Shown: positions 9,592-20,490, counted from the stretch's first letter. The stretch: 64,000 nt of DNA from an uncultured Candidatus Saccharibacteria bacterium (GCA_964642835.1 CAZXQA010000002.1:11875-75874); one strand, 5' to 3'. A program made the numbers and translations. The notes: generated by a model not told the origin, from the sequence alone.

Positions 9592-11002
9592 TGAGACGAG
9601 GGAACAGTGGTTGCTCAGGCTTCTGGTTCGCCTTAATAAGAGCCTTAATCTTTGCGGATGTCTCGGGCATGAAGGGGTTAATAAGTCGAGCGATGGAATA
9701 AAGCTCGAGCACGAGAGCCGAGATCACTGCCTGATCCTTTGTCTCCCACGGCTTACTGTCTTGAATCTTTTTGTCCAGGGACCAGATTCTCTTCCAGACA
9801 TACTCGAGAGCGTTCTTTACTTCATAGGCATTGAGGTAGGCAAAATATTCCGACATATCTTCTCTCTCGGGAACCGGTACCGGCGCGGAGAGGTTCGCCT
9901 GAGCCAACGTCATGATGCGAGAGGTAAGATTCCCCAGACCGTTCACGAGGTTCGAGGTGTAGGCAATATTAAAGCTCTCGATACTGACGTCGGTGTCTTC
10001 GAACTGGTTCACCCCCGCCATGAGCACGCGGAACACTTCCCGACCGAAACGCGTCACCATCTCATGCGGCGTAATAAAGTTGCCGAGACTCTTCGACATC
10101 TTTTGTCCGCCAACATTGAGGAAGCCGTGAATAACAATCTGCTTCGAAGGGGTGAGGCCAGCCGAGAGAAGCATCGCCTGCCACATGGCCGCCTGTTGGC
10201 GCACCTGGTCCTTGCCGGCAAATTGCACTACCGGCCACCACTTCTGGAAGTTCGCCGTGTTGTCGGGCCAACCGATGGTCGAGATGTAGTTGGTGAGCGC
10301 GTCGAACCAGACGTACATGACGTGCTCTTCATCATCCGGCACCGCGACACCCCAGGGCATCTTGGACTTCAAACGAGAGATGGAGAAATCTTCGAGTCCC
10401 CTCTCGACGAACTTAATAATTTCGTTAAAGCGGAAATCAGGAATAACGAACTCAGGATTTTCCCGATACAACTTCAAGAGAGGGTCCTGATACTTCGAGA
10501 ACCGGAAGAAATAATTTTCTTCCTCGCGGATCTCAAGATCTTTGTTCGGGTGGAGTGGGCAAACACCATCCACAAGCTCGGAATCCGTCTTCTCGAGTTC
10601 GCAGCCGTTACAATACTTGATCGTGTAATTCTTTTTATAAATATCCCCCGCTTCTTTGCAACGCTTCCACATTTCCTGCGCCGCCATCTTGTGATGCGAA
10701 TCAGTGGTGCGGATAAAGTGAACAATCTCTTCATCAATACCGAGGAGCGCAATGAGTTCCCGGAACTTCGCCGCGTACTCATCCGTATACGCCTGCGTAT
10801 CTTGTCCGGCTTCTTCGGCCTTAGTGTAAATCTTTACTCCATGCTCATCGGTGCCTGTGTTGAAGAAAACTTCTCTCCCCTGGAGCCTCATAGCCCTTGC
10901 CACAACATCGGCGTGAATAAGCTCCATGGCAAATCCGATATGTGGCTCCGCATTCACATAGGGTAACGTCGTCGTGATGTAGAAAGGTTTCTGCTCAGAC
11001 AT
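9584..11002 (-). CDS. metG: Methionine--tRNA ligase (short form, no C-terminal dimerisation domain)
   Basis: YITTTLPYVN..PHIG, TGTDEHG, YVWFDAL, KMSKS. Confidence 0.97.
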   Translation of the reverse strand: MSEQKPFYITTTLPYVNAEPHIGFAMELIHADVVARAMRLQGREVFFNTGTDEHGVKIYTKAEEAGQDTQAYTDEYAAKFRELIALLGIDEEIVHFIRTTDSHHKMAAQEMWKRCKEAGDIYKKNYTIKYCNGCELEKTDSELVDGVCPLHPNKDLEIREEENYFFRFSKYQDPLLKLYRENPEFVIPDFRFNEIIKFVERGLEDFSISRLKSKMPWGVAVPDDEEHVMYVWFDALTNYISTIGWPDNTANFQKWWPVVQFAGKDQVRQQAAMWQAMLLSAGLTPSKQIVIHGFLNVGGQKMSKSLGNFITPHEMVTRFGREVFRVLMAGVNQFEDTDVSIESFNIAYTSNLVNGLGNLTSRIMTLAQANLSAPVPVPEREDMSEYFAYLNAYEVKNALEYVWKRIWSLDKKIQDSKPWETKDQAVISALVLELYSIARLINPFMPETSAKIKALIKANQKPEQPLFPRLNA

Positions 11003-11008
11003 AGGGGT

Positions 11009-12076
11009 CTAGTGCGCCTCGGTCGCCAAGGAATGCTTGCGCTCTTCGAGGTCATTCAAAAACTCCATAAGGATGACCGCGACGGGCACCGAGATGAGAA
11101 TACCGAGGAAGCCCGCCAACTCTCCGCCGATCAAAAGTGCCATGATAGAAACCAGAGGCGGCACTCCCACCACCTTCTTGACCACCATTGGGTAGATGAG
11201 GTGATTCTCCAACTGCTGCACGAAGAGGTAGAGACCAGCCACAATAAGTGCGTCAGAAGCTCCAAGCGCGCTATAGGCAGTAAAGACAGCGGGAATAGCC
11301 GAAATAATCGGCCCAAAGATCGGGATAAGCTCAAAGAGACCCGTCAGCACGGCGAAGAGAAGCGCGTTCGGCACTCCTATGATAGTAAGCCCAATATAGA
11401 CCATGACCGCGACAACCAGCCCGAGAAGAAGCTGTCCTTGCATCCAGAAACCAATCTTCACTTGAGAGCGCTTCCAGAGACCGACGGCGTATCCTTCATG
11501 CTGGGCTGGGACGATGACGCGAAGGAACCGCTCCATACCATCTTCCTGCACAGTCAGATAGAACGAGAGAACGATGATAAGAAGGAATCCAAGCGCTCCG
11601 CCAAAGAAGAGGGATGCCGTTGAGAAAAGACCTTGTGAGAGGAACTGGGAGAAGTCAGTAAGGTAGTTCGAGAGTTCGCTCATGAGCGCCGGGGTTTGAA
11701 TCCCGCCGAAAACATGCTGATTCGCGAACATGTTCGAAAGAATGTTGTCGTTTACGACAGAATTCGAATAGATGGTGAGAGTATTCACGAAAGCCTTTAC
11801 TTCGTCGACAAGCGGTAAGAACAGGAAATAGAAGCAGACGGAGAGAATGCCGCCCGTGAGCGCGTAGAGGCCAATAACCGTCGGCAAACGTGGAATGTGG
11901 AATCGTTTCGTGAAGCGCAAAGCCGGTTCCACCGCGGCGGAAATCACCAGCGCGGTGAGAAAGATGAGAATAATGCCCGAAATCTTGAAGAGCATGAACG
12001 CAAGGAAGACGATGAGCAAGGCTCTCGCCCAACTCCCGAGCGTAATGGACAACCGGCGATGTGAAGTCTCTGACAT
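11009..12076 (-). CDS. AI-2E (PerM) family transporter
   Basis: Multi-TM; ELIPIFGP and QQLENHLIYP motifs. Confidence 0.9.
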   Translation of the reverse strand: MSETSHRRLSITLGSWARALLIVFLAFMLFKISGIILIFLTALVISAAVEPALRFTKRFHIPRLPTVIGLYALTGGILSVCFYFLFLPLVDEVKAFVNTLTIYSNSVVNDNILSNMFANQHVFGGIQTPALMSELSNYLTDFSQFLSQGLFSTASLFFGGALGFLLIIVLSFYLTVQEDGMERFLRVIVPAQHEGYAVGLWKRSQVKIGFWMQGQLLLGLVVAVMVYIGLTIIGVPNALLFAVLTGLFELIPIFGPIISAIPAVFTAYSALGASDALIVAGLYLFVQQLENHLIYPMVVKKVVGVPPLVSIMALLIGGELAGFLGILISVPVAVILMEFLNDLEERKHSLATEAH

Positions 12077-12091
12077 GGGGTTATAGTATCA

Positions 12092-13363
12092 TTATTTAAA
12101 AGTGAGAACCTTTCGCAAGCCCTTTTCGTCGGACAAATCACCAACCATGGCGACGCTAAGATTGTTGTCGGTAAAGAGCGCTTTGGCCACGCGACGCACA
12201 TCCGCGGCCGTCACCTTTCTCATTTCTGCCTCCAGAGCGCTCGGCACGCGCACTTCGCCGTGAACAATCTCTTCTCCCACGCAGTAGTTCGCGAGCGCGT
12301 CGGTTGTCTCCAAGGACATTGAGAGGTGGCTGGCCATGTAGTCCTTCACTTTCTGAAGTTCACTGGCCGAGACTTCTTCGAGGGTCAGGCGTCGGCACTC
12401 CTCGAGCAGAGCCTGAATAACCTCGGCGGCGCGCGCCTTGTCGATCCCCGTCGCGATACTCGCGAACCCATGGTCCGTTGCCACGCTATGAGAAGCGCTT
12501 ACGTAGTAACACGCTCCCATCTCCTCGCGCAGACGCTGGAAGAGGCGTGAGGACATGCCAGCTCCCAAGATGCCCATGAGCACAGCCGCCTTCATAGCCC
12601 TCGGATCTCCCGCGCGGTAACCATGGAAAGCCATAACCATGTGCGTCTGATCGCTTGGTTTACGTTTGATACGGAGAGCCGGAGCCTCCTGCTGCACCCG
12701 CACCTTCTCCTTCCCCACTTTCTTCTTCTTGAGTTGCGACGAGAAAATCTTTTTAACCTCCTTGAGAACCATTGCGGGTGGAAGGTCACCAGCAATCACC
12801 ACTATCGTCTTTGCTGGCACATAATGCTTGGCATGATACGCGAGAAAGTCCTCTCGGGAAAAGCTTTTCACATTTTCCTTTGTGCCGATAGTTGAGCGAC
12901 CAGCCGGAGTATCCCCGTACAGCAATGCCCCCAACACCTCCCAGACGTATCGCTGCGGCAAATCCTCGTACATGCTGATTTCCTGGAGGATAACTCCTCG
13001 CTCTTTCTCTAAGTCGTTGGCCGGAAAAACGGGATGAAGATATATATCCGAAACAACGTCGAGCAATTTCTGCCAATGTCGTTTCTCTGACTTCGCATAA
13101 TACGCTGTTACTTCCTCCGAAGTGAACGCGTTCGACTCGGCACCAATGGCATCGAGCTCGGTAGATATTGCCAGAGCCGACGTCCTGGTCGGCGTACCCT
13201 TAAAGAGCATGTGTTCAAGGAAGTGTGCGAGGCCGTTCTCGACCTTCGACTCGTACTTCGACCCTGTTTCGCACGCGACCATGACCGTGGCCGACGGGTT
13301 GTCCCTCGTGGGCACGAAAATAACCCGAGTACCGTTGGGAAGAATGGTTTTCGTGTATTTCAT
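12092..13363 (-). CDS. M16 family zinc peptidase
   Basis: GLAHFLEHMLFKGT (HxxEH), NAFT, SSRLFQRLRE. Confidence 0.95.
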   Translation of the reverse strand: MKYTKTILPNGTRVIFVPTRDNPSATVMVACETGSKYESKVENGLAHFLEHMLFKGTPTRTSALAISTELDAIGAESNAFTSEEVTAYYAKSEKRHWQKLLDVVSDIYLHPVFPANDLEKERGVILQEISMYEDLPQRYVWEVLGALLYGDTPAGRSTIGTKENVKSFSREDFLAYHAKHYVPAKTIVVIAGDLPPAMVLKEVKKIFSSQLKKKKVGKEKVRVQQEAPALRIKRKPSDQTHMVMAFHGYRAGDPRAMKAAVLMGILGAGMSSRLFQRLREEMGACYYVSASHSVATDHGFASIATGIDKARAAEVIQALLEECRRLTLEEVSASELQKVKDYMASHLSMSLETTDALANYCVGEEIVHGEVRVPSALEAEMRKVTAADVRRVAKALFTDNNLSVAMVGDLSDEKGLRKVLTFK

Positions 13364-13404
13364 AGATAAGGGAAGCCTACCCTATCTCAAGACGTAATCC
13401 AAGC

Positions 13405-14622
13405 CTATCTTATGAGAGCGGCGAGGTCTGAGATATGAACGCGCTTCTGTTCCCCACTGTCGCGGTCGCGAAGGGTGACAGTATCTTTCTGCTCGGGGAT
13501 TTCTTCACCTAAGGTACCGAAGTCGATCGTAATGCAGAATGGCGTGCCGATCTCATCCTGACGGCGATAGCGCTTGCCAATATTGCCGTTGTCATCAAAC
13601 TCAATATTTGGAATTTCTTTTTTGAGCATTGCGTAAACCTCACGAGCCTTCTCAACGAGAGCGGGCTTATTCTTCAAAAGTGGAAAGACAGCTGCACGTA
13701 CGGGAGCCACATGTTTATGCAATTTCAAATACGCACGAGTCTCTCCTCCCAACTCATCTTCGGTATACGCGTCCGAAAGTACAGCCATGACGAGACGATC
13801 GACACCCATCGTCGGCTCAATGCAGTGCGGCACAAAACGCTCTTTGGTTTCCTCATCGTAATAAGAAAGGTCCGCGCCGCTCTTTTCGGAGTGGGCGTTA
13901 AGATCGTAATCCGTACGATACGCGATACCAAGAAGTTCCTTCTGGCCAAATGGGAAATCGAACTCCGTGTCGACACTGCGTTTGGAGTAGTGAGCTCGAT
14001 CTTCGGCAGGCACGTCGATTTTGTGAATCTTTTCTTTGGAAAGACCGATCTCATCCAAGAATTCCATCTGAGCGGCATGGAGTTCGTCAAAGATCTCATG
14101 AACTTTCTGTTCGTCACGAGGATCGACGAAGTATTCGAGTTCCATCTGCTCGAACTCGCGCTGACGAAAGATGAAGTCACGCGGAGAAATTTCGTTTCTA
14201 AACGACTTCCCAATCTGCGCGATACCGAACGGCAGCGTCGGGTGGAAAGAGTCGAGAATGTTTTTGAAATTGACGAACATGCCCTGCGCGGTCTCTGGTC
14301 GCAAGTGAGAAGTAGTGGCCTCTTCCCCGGTACCCACGCTCACCGCGAAGAGTTCGTTGCCGAAATTGCCAACATGACCAGAGGCCTCAAGGACGCGCGG
14401 ATTACTAATGATCGACGTACTCACCGGGTAAACATCTTCACGACCGGAGACGAATTTGTTCCAGAAGCGCTGCTTAATGTTATGCCTCAGCTCAACGCCT
14501 AAAGGACCGTAATCCCAGAAGCCGGCAATACCTCCATAGATCTCAGAGGACGGGAAAATAAACCCCCTTCTTTTGCAGAGGGATACGATCTTTTCCATCA
14601 GATTTTCCTTATTCTCAGCCAT
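13405..14622 (-). CDS. glyQS: Glycine--tRNA ligase, alpha2 type
   Basis: LRPETAQG, GKSFRNEI, REFEQME, IGKRYRRQDEIGTP. Confidence 0.96.
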   Translation of the reverse strand: MAENKENLMEKIVSLCKRRGFIFPSSEIYGGIAGFWDYGPLGVELRHNIKQRFWNKFVSGREDVYPVSTSIISNPRVLEASGHVGNFGNELFAVSVGTGEEATTSHLRPETAQGMFVNFKNILDSFHPTLPFGIAQIGKSFRNEISPRDFIFRQREFEQMELEYFVDPRDEQKVHEIFDELHAAQMEFLDEIGLSKEKIHKIDVPAEDRAHYSKRSVDTEFDFPFGQKELLGIAYRTDYDLNAHSEKSGADLSYYDEETKERFVPHCIEPTMGVDRLVMAVLSDAYTEDELGGETRAYLKLHKHVAPVRAAVFPLLKNKPALVEKAREVYAMLKKEIPNIEFDDNGNIGKRYRRQDEIGTPFCITIDFGTLGEEIPEQKDTVTLRDRDSGEQKRVHISDLAALIR

Positions 14623-16538
14623 TACTTCACCACTATATCATCTCCACGCACAAATGCAGGATCGGAAGGCATCATGGTCGTAAGAGGACCGTTAGTGACG
14701 GTCAAAGGCTTCCCGGAAGCATCGAGCGCGGAGAGCGTAATCCCGGTGACGAGAGTCGGCGTCGTGCCGGCCTGGGAAGCGGCTGGCGTGATGGAAACTT
14801 GGAAGGCCGCTTCTCGCATCTCGTCGCTAAAGCCCGTGCCGGAAGTGACAGTGCCCATGGTCCAGGTCACGGTATTGGTCTTTTCATCATATGTTATGTC
14901 CTCTTCCTTGACGCTCTTTGCGCCCACCCACTTCACGCCAGGTCCCAGGCGCGCAGTGACTTTAGCATTGGTAACATTGCTTTGAGTGTTCCCGACCGAC
15001 CAGAGTACCGCGTACGTGGTGGTTGTTTGCACTTTCGGCGGAGTAGGCCCCGTATTTACAAAAGGTCCCGTCGAGTGAAGCACTTTAGAGCCAAGAGATA
15101 CCTGTGAAGCAATCTTTACCGTGCGCGTCTGCGTAACCTGCACCGGAGTATTGGTGCCTCGCGGGGTGCCACTCATCGTGACGGAGAGTGTGATGCCGCG
15201 ACTGATTTGAAGAGCGGTGAGTTGCGGGAATGAGCTGAAACGGAAAGAGAGTAATCTGCCATCACCAGGCAAGAGGTCATCGAGACCTTCTCCACCGCTC
15301 CAGGTAATCTTCCCACTCGAAGCATCATAGAAACCGCCAGACAACGTCAAGACTGAGCTCGAGTCAAGGGCACTACCGGAGAGCGTGGCTTCGATTCGAG
15401 GATTAAGGAGTTCTTCTGAAAGATTGTTAGCAAAGGAAATCGAAGCGTTAATCGGTTGTCCCGCTGGAGCGATGTAGGTAGTCGAGCTGTCACCGTTCAA
15501 CTTCACAGCCAGAGAAAGAGCTGGGCGCTCAATGGCCACAGTGGTCTGCATAGAGATAAGCACGGTTTTAAAGTTGGCGGATGGCGCGCTGCCGTCGGCC
15601 ACTCCGGCGTAAAATCGAATCGTGCGCTCATCATTATTCTCCCCAGAGAGCGAGCCTGCGATCTGAATTTTCTTCGCGACACCCGGCGAAAGATCCCCGA
15701 GAGCCCAAATATTATTGTCGGCATACGGCGCTGGCGTCGAGGCATTCGACGAATAGCCGTATGGGTACTCCGCTCGAAGCATGACATTCTTCAAAACATC
15801 GGTGGAGTTGAGAGTAATGGTCACCGTGGTGGTGAATGGATCGCCAGAAGCAACCACCGTAGGAGCTTCAACCGTCACAGACAGTGGCGAACTACCAATC
15901 ACGATATTGTAAATTTTATCTTTATAGAACGTAGCGTTCGAACCCGCTACTTTATACTCAATCGAGAATTTAAGCTCCTTTACCTCCCCTGTCTGGCCGA
16001 CGAGTGAGAACTTCACGTTCCGCACAATACTCTGCCCCGCCTTCACCACTCCCAAATCGTCCTTGGCGAACGTGAGCTGCTTGGTGGAATCGAGAGCATC
16101 ACGAGCACCTGAAGGATATTGCACGGAGAAATTGGCGGTCTCAAGGTCCGCGTTGTTGCCATTCTCAATCGTTACTTGAAGTTCGACAACATCCCCCGCT
16201 GGAGAACTGGCTGGCCCCGTCACTTCCAAATTCACGTTCTTGGAAGAAATGAAGTTAGTCCCTCCGAAGAAGACAATGCCCGCCACCGCCACCGTAGCCG
16301 CGAAGAAAAGCGTGGCAAAGACGAAAAACTTCTTGATAAACGGCATCCCACTCGTATTCGTGCGCTCCCGCGCGAGAATGTCGTCGAGCTTCGGCGTCTG
16401 CCAACTCTCAGCCACCCCTGCCGACTCCGCTTCCCGACTGCCGGTCACTGGTCGTGTCCGGTTGAGCGGATCCTCGTACCGCGTGCGCGAATAGAGCGTG
16501 TTATCGAGTCGATCGACCTTGCTCGTGTCGTTGGTCAT
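14622..16538 (-). CDS. Membrane-anchored multi-Ig-like domain protein
   Basis: One TM near N-terminus followed by repeated beta-sandwich-like segments. Confidence 0.7.
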   Translation of the reverse strand: MTNDTSKVDRLDNTLYSRTRYEDPLNRTRPVTGSREAESAGVAESWQTPKLDDILARERTNTSGMPFIKKFFVFATLFFAATVAVAGIVFFGGTNFISSKNVNLEVTGPASSPAGDVVELQVTIENGNNADLETANFSVQYPSGARDALDSTKQLTFAKDDLGVVKAGQSIVRNVKFSLVGQTGEVKELKFSIEYKVAGSNATFYKDKIYNIVIGSSPLSVTVEAPTVVASGDPFTTTVTITLNSTDVLKNVMLRAEYPYGYSSNASTPAPYADNNIWALGDLSPGVAKKIQIAGSLSGENNDERTIRFYAGVADGSAPSANFKTVLISMQTTVAIERPALSLAVKLNGDSSTTYIAPAGQPINASISFANNLSEELLNPRIEATLSGSALDSSSVLTLSGGFYDASSGKITWSGGEGLDDLLPGDGRLLSFRFSSFPQLTALQISRGITLSVTMSGTPRGTNTPVQVTQTRTVKIASQVSLGSKVLHSTGPFVNTGPTPPKVQTTTTYAVLWSVGNTQSNVTNAKVTARLGPGVKWVGAKSVKEEDITYDEKTNTVTWTMGTVTSGTGFSDEMREAAFQVSITPAASQAGTTPTLVTGITLSALDASGKPLTVTNGPLTTMMPSDPAFVRGDDIVVK

Positions 16539-16553
16539 GATTGTTTTATTATA

Positions 16554-17060
16554 TCATTCTCCGGCCAGCTGGCTCTGATGCAATCCCTCATTAATCGCTT
16601 TGACGAGATCTGTTTTCTCGAGAGTAAGATCCTTTTCCTTCAAATATCCCAAGTGGTAGAGCATCGTCGCGACAAAACGCGGCTCAAAAAGCTCATCCTC
16701 AATCTCTGCACTTGTGAGAAACACTTCCACCGCGTCAAAAAGTTCGGCGTGGACCGCCTCACCTTGCACGAGCCTCTCGAGCAAGACGAGTGGTCGCAGC
16801 AAAGCCGGTCTCGCCTTAACGCGAACGTGGGCCTGCGCTGAAGTGATGCGCCAATACTCTTTACCACGTACCAAGGACACGTTTGCAAAGGCCACCGGTT
16901 CCAAGGAGCCGCGTAATTTGGAAGTGCTCTTACGTACGCCTGTCGCGGTCGCTCGCACGAGTCCTAGATCACGAGTAAGGATGGAGTACACTCGGTCTGC
17001 CTCCCGTAGCGGACGCTCCGAGAGCACGAGACCCTTGGTGGTGTAGATGTGGTACGACAC
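16554..17060 (-). CDS. recO: DNA repair protein RecO (short)
   Basis: GLVL.....EADR...ILTRDLGLV.A.A.GVRK..SKL N-terminal OB fold; GTG start. Confidence 0.85.
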   Translation of the reverse strand: MSYHIYTTKGLVLSERPLREADRVYSILTRDLGLVRATATGVRKSTSKLRGSLEPVAFANVSLVRGKEYWRITSAQAHVRVKARPALLRPLVLLERLVQGEAVHAELFDAVEVFLTSAEIEDELFEPRFVATMLYHLGYLKEKDLTLEKTDLVKAINEGLHQSQLAGE

Positions 17061-20000
17061 TAGAAGTCGATATTGCCCGCTTTCTTGATTTCAAGAGCGT
17101 GAGCGGCAAAGAAGGCTTCTTCACCTGCCGGCACCGTGTACGCCGCCCTCTCTCCCGGTTTCAAGTTATTTGTTTTCCTCCATTCCTGAACCGAGCGGAT
17201 CACGTCACGCACCTTCCCCTCTTCGATGAGCGCAGGGGTGAGCGTCGTATCCAAGAACACCTCTTCCACAAGAGACGGATCGCTCACCACTTCCTTCACA
17301 TTGATCTCATCTTTAATGATGTCTTGGTATTCTGCGGCGAGCTGCAAACTCTTCACTGCCAGCTTTGCTAAAGGTTGGCGCACTTTGATATTGGCCTTAG
17401 AGCGTAGTTCCAAGGCGAGTGAGACGAGGCGGCGAGTTTCGGCCATGTGTTCGAGCACAACGGGTTTCTTTTCTGATGTGAAGCGAGCAAGGAGAGATTT
17501 CTTCTTTTCTGTCCACGTGGTGAGGTGCACACTCACAGGCTCATTGTCTTCTCTGACCTTTTGATATATTTCCTCGGCCATAAACGGCATAATCGGCGCC
17601 ATGATCTTCGAGAGCTCCTTGAAGACATATCGCGACGTCGCGAGAGCGTGCTGCTTGTCTTCTTTATCCTCTCCCTTAAACCTGTCACGAGAACGCCTGA
17701 CGTACCACGTCGATAGATCGGCCACGAAGTCCTTGATCGGCCGACTCGCACGCACGAGATCATACGCCTCGAGCGCCTCCGTCACTTCCTTCAATAATTC
17801 TTCCAAGCGAGCCAAGATCCAACGATCAAGCACACGCGGGCTCTTCTCGCCATTCGCAGGCGTGCCATCAGCGTAAAGCTCGTAGAAGGTGAAGGTGTTG
17901 GCGAGGATATTGAGCAGACGGTTATGAACGTCTTTCACCTCTTCGTCCTTAAACGACGCGTCCTCGGCCTGCATGACGACGGAAGACATGAGGTAGTAAC
18001 GGAAGGCGTCGGCCCCGATGGTGTCGAGAAGAATAAGTGGGTCGGTGTAGTTCCCTTTCGACTTACTCATCTTCGAACCATCCTTCGCCAAGATGTTACC
18101 GGTCGTGATGACGTTCGTGAATGCCGGTTTGTTGAAGAGCATAACCGCGACGACATGCATGTAGTAGAACCACGTGCGCGTCTGAGCGATATACTCCGCC
18201 ACAAAGTGGCCAGGGAAATGATGCTTGAACGCTTCCTCGTTCTCGAAGGGATAGTGGTATTCGGCAAAGGGCATGGACGCTGACTCCACCCAGCCGTCGA
18301 TCACTTCTGGAATACGCTTCAAGGGCTTACCCTCTTCTGTCACAAGCTCTACTTCGTCGATGTAAGGGCGATGAAGATCGAGTTCGAAGTGCTTGTTATG
18401 AGGCAAGGGCACGAACGATAATTCGCGAACCTCCGCATTCGTAAATTTCTTAAAGTCACCCACCTTAGGACTCTGATTTTCAGGACGATACCACTCTGAG
18501 TGCTCCGCGCCCATAGACTGCCCTAACCCGATCATGGTGAGCATCCATGCGGGAGTGCTATGAGTGCTGATAAGGATATTTTTGCCTTGGTATTTCTTTT
18601 CAAGATCGTAAAGGAATTCTCCTACGCGGCCACGAATGTCGGTCAATGATTCACCCTCCGGCACAGATGCCGTGAGAGGGTTTTCCTTCGTGTGTTCTGC
18701 TAAGCCGAGGTGATATTCCTTATAAGATTTGCCGTTGTAGATACCTGCGTTGATTTCTCCGATCCGAGAATCATATACAACAGCATCCTTTGGAAGTCCG
18801 AACACATCGGCCGCGATCTCTGCCGTTTCTTTAGCACGTACAAAATCTGAAGTAATAATTACGTCGATGTTATTCCCCGCAAGTTGAGCCGCCGCTTTTC
18901 TCACCTGCTCTTTCCCCACATCAGATAGGCGGTCATATTCATGACCTACGGTATTGGCAACAATCTCTTTTGCATTACTGAGACTTTCTCCATGTCTTAT
19001 AGCAAAATAGCGGTTCCCTGATTTCTTGGCATATTTCTTAAAGTCGTCGAGAGAGCCAACGACTGTCACCTTGCCGTTTTCGTCCTTCCAGATTGGCAGA
19101 GGCGCCGCCCAGTAGCGGTTACGGGAGATCGTCCAGTCCGGCGCGTTCTCGACAATGTTCAAGAAGCGGCCGTGCTTTAAGTGAGCCGGGAACCAGTTCA
19201 CCTCTTCATTGAGAGCAATCATGCGATCTTTCACCTTCTGAATATTGAGGAACCACGAAGAGATCGCGTTATAGAGAAGTGCCGTACCGCAGCGGTGACA
19301 ATGCGGATACGAGTGGGTATGCATCTCACGCTTATAGAGCAAGTGTCTTGTTTCCAGATCTTCCTTCACGAGCTTCTCCGCTTTTTTGAAGTATTGCGTG
19401 CGGATAAATTCCGGCGCAAGCGCGTTAAAGTGCCCCGCTCCGTCGAGCAGCTGAATCATCGGTAAATCGTTCTTCAATCCCAGAGCATAGTCGTCTTCAC
19501 CATAAATCACGGCGGTGTGCACGAGTCCCGTGCCGTCGGTAGTCGTCACGAAATCGGCTTCCGTTACGTACCAGCCCTTCTTCCCCGTTTCGCGAGCAGC
19601 CGGAATTTCATAGAGCGGCTCATATTCCATGCCGATCATCTCGCTTCCTTTGTGCTCGGCCACTACTTCATACGGCTCAGTAAGCACGGAGAGGCGCTCT
19701 TTAGCGAGAACGAGAATTTCCTTCCCTACTTTGGCCTCCACATAATCAATATCTCTCCCCACCGCGAGCGCCACGTTCCCCGGCAAGGTCCACGGCGTCG
19801 TTGTCCACGCGAGGAAGTAGGCATCCGGGAACGCTTTGATTTTAAATTTCACGTAGACCGACTCTTCGGTGACGTCGCGGTAACTGTTGTCCATCGCCAC
19901 TTCTGCCTTGGCGATTGGCGTCTGGCAGTGCGGACAATAGAGCAAAACTTTTTTACCCTCATAGAGAAGACCCTTCTCGTCCATCTTCTTCAAGGCATGC

Positions 20001-20485
20001 CAAACGCTCTCGATGTACGTGTTGTCCATCGTCTTGTAGGCGTTGTCGTACTCGACCCAGCGACCGACGCGGTCAACATATTTCTTCCACTCATGCGCGT
20101 ATCGCATGACAGAAGCGCGGCACGTTTCGTTAAAGGCTTCGATACCGATCTTGCCTTCGATCTCTGTCTTATCTTTAAGACCGAGCTCTTTCTCGATCAT
20201 GTTCTCGATTGGCAAGCCGTGGCAGTCCCAACCCCAGCGACGACGCACATGGTAGCCTTGCATCGTCTTGTAGCGAGGGATGACGTCTTTAATCACGGAG
20301 GAAAGGAGACTCCCGGCGTGAGGCAACCCCGTCGCGAATGGCGGCCCGTCATAGAAAGTGAATTCCCCTTTCGGCGCCTCTTTCTCGAGACTCTTTTCGA
20401 AAATGTGATTCTCCTGCCAGAACTTCAAAACCGCCTCTTCCTTAAGAGCGCGCTCGGACTTGGGATTGGTGTGGGTGGTATCCAT
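17060..20485 (-). CDS. ileS: Isoleucine--tRNA ligase (type 2) with inserted histidine-phosphatase domain
   Basis: FYDGPPFATGLPH, GWDCHGLP, WTTTPWTLP, DWTISRNRYW, KMSKS; start at ATG 20485 below the T-box. Confidence 0.96.
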   Translation of the reverse strand: MDTTHTNPKSERALKEEAVLKFWQENHIFEKSLEKEAPKGEFTFYDGPPFATGLPHAGSLLSSVIKDVIPRYKTMQGYHVRRRWGWDCHGLPIENMIEKELGLKDKTEIEGKIGIEAFNETCRASVMRYAHEWKKYVDRVGRWVEYDNAYKTMDNTYIESVWHALKKMDEKGLLYEGKKVLLYCPHCQTPIAKAEVAMDNSYRDVTEESVYVKFKIKAFPDAYFLAWTTTPWTLPGNVALAVGRDIDYVEAKVGKEILVLAKERLSVLTEPYEVVAEHKGSEMIGMEYEPLYEIPAARETGKKGWYVTEADFVTTTDGTGLVHTAVIYGEDDYALGLKNDLPMIQLLDGAGHFNALAPEFIRTQYFKKAEKLVKEDLETRHLLYKREMHTHSYPHCHRCGTALLYNAISSWFLNIQKVKDRMIALNEEVNWFPAHLKHGRFLNIVENAPDWTISRNRYWAAPLPIWKDENGKVTVVGSLDDFKKYAKKSGNRYFAIRHGESLSNAKEIVANTVGHEYDRLSDVGKEQVRKAAAQLAGNNIDVIITSDFVRAKETAEIAADVFGLPKDAVVYDSRIGEINAGIYNGKSYKEYHLGLAEHTKENPLTASVPEGESLTDIRGRVGEFLYDLEKKYQGKNILISTHSTPAWMLTMIGLGQSMGAEHSEWYRPENQSPKVGDFKKFTNAEVRELSFVPLPHNKHFELDLHRPYIDEVELVTEEGKPLKRIPEVIDGWVESASMPFAEYHYPFENEEAFKHHFPGHFVAEYIAQTRTWFYYMHVVAVMLFNKPAFTNVITTGNILAKDGSKMSKSKGNYTDPLILLDTIGADAFRYYLMSSVVMQAEDASFKDEEVKDVHNRLLNILANTFTFYELYADGTPANGEKSPRVLDRWILARLEELLKEVTEALEAYDLVRASRPIKDFVADLSTWYVRRSRDRFKGEDKEDKQHALATSRYVFKELSKIMAPIMPFMAEEIYQKVREDNEPVSVHLTTWTEKKKSLLARFTSEKKPVVLEHMAETRRLVSLALELRSKANIKVRQPLAKLAVKSLQLAAEYQDIIKDEINVKEVVSDPSLVEEVFLDTTLTPALIEEGKVRDVIRSVQEWRKTNNLKPGERAAYTVPAGEEAFFAAHALEIKKAGNIDF

Positions 20486-20490
20486 AGTGT

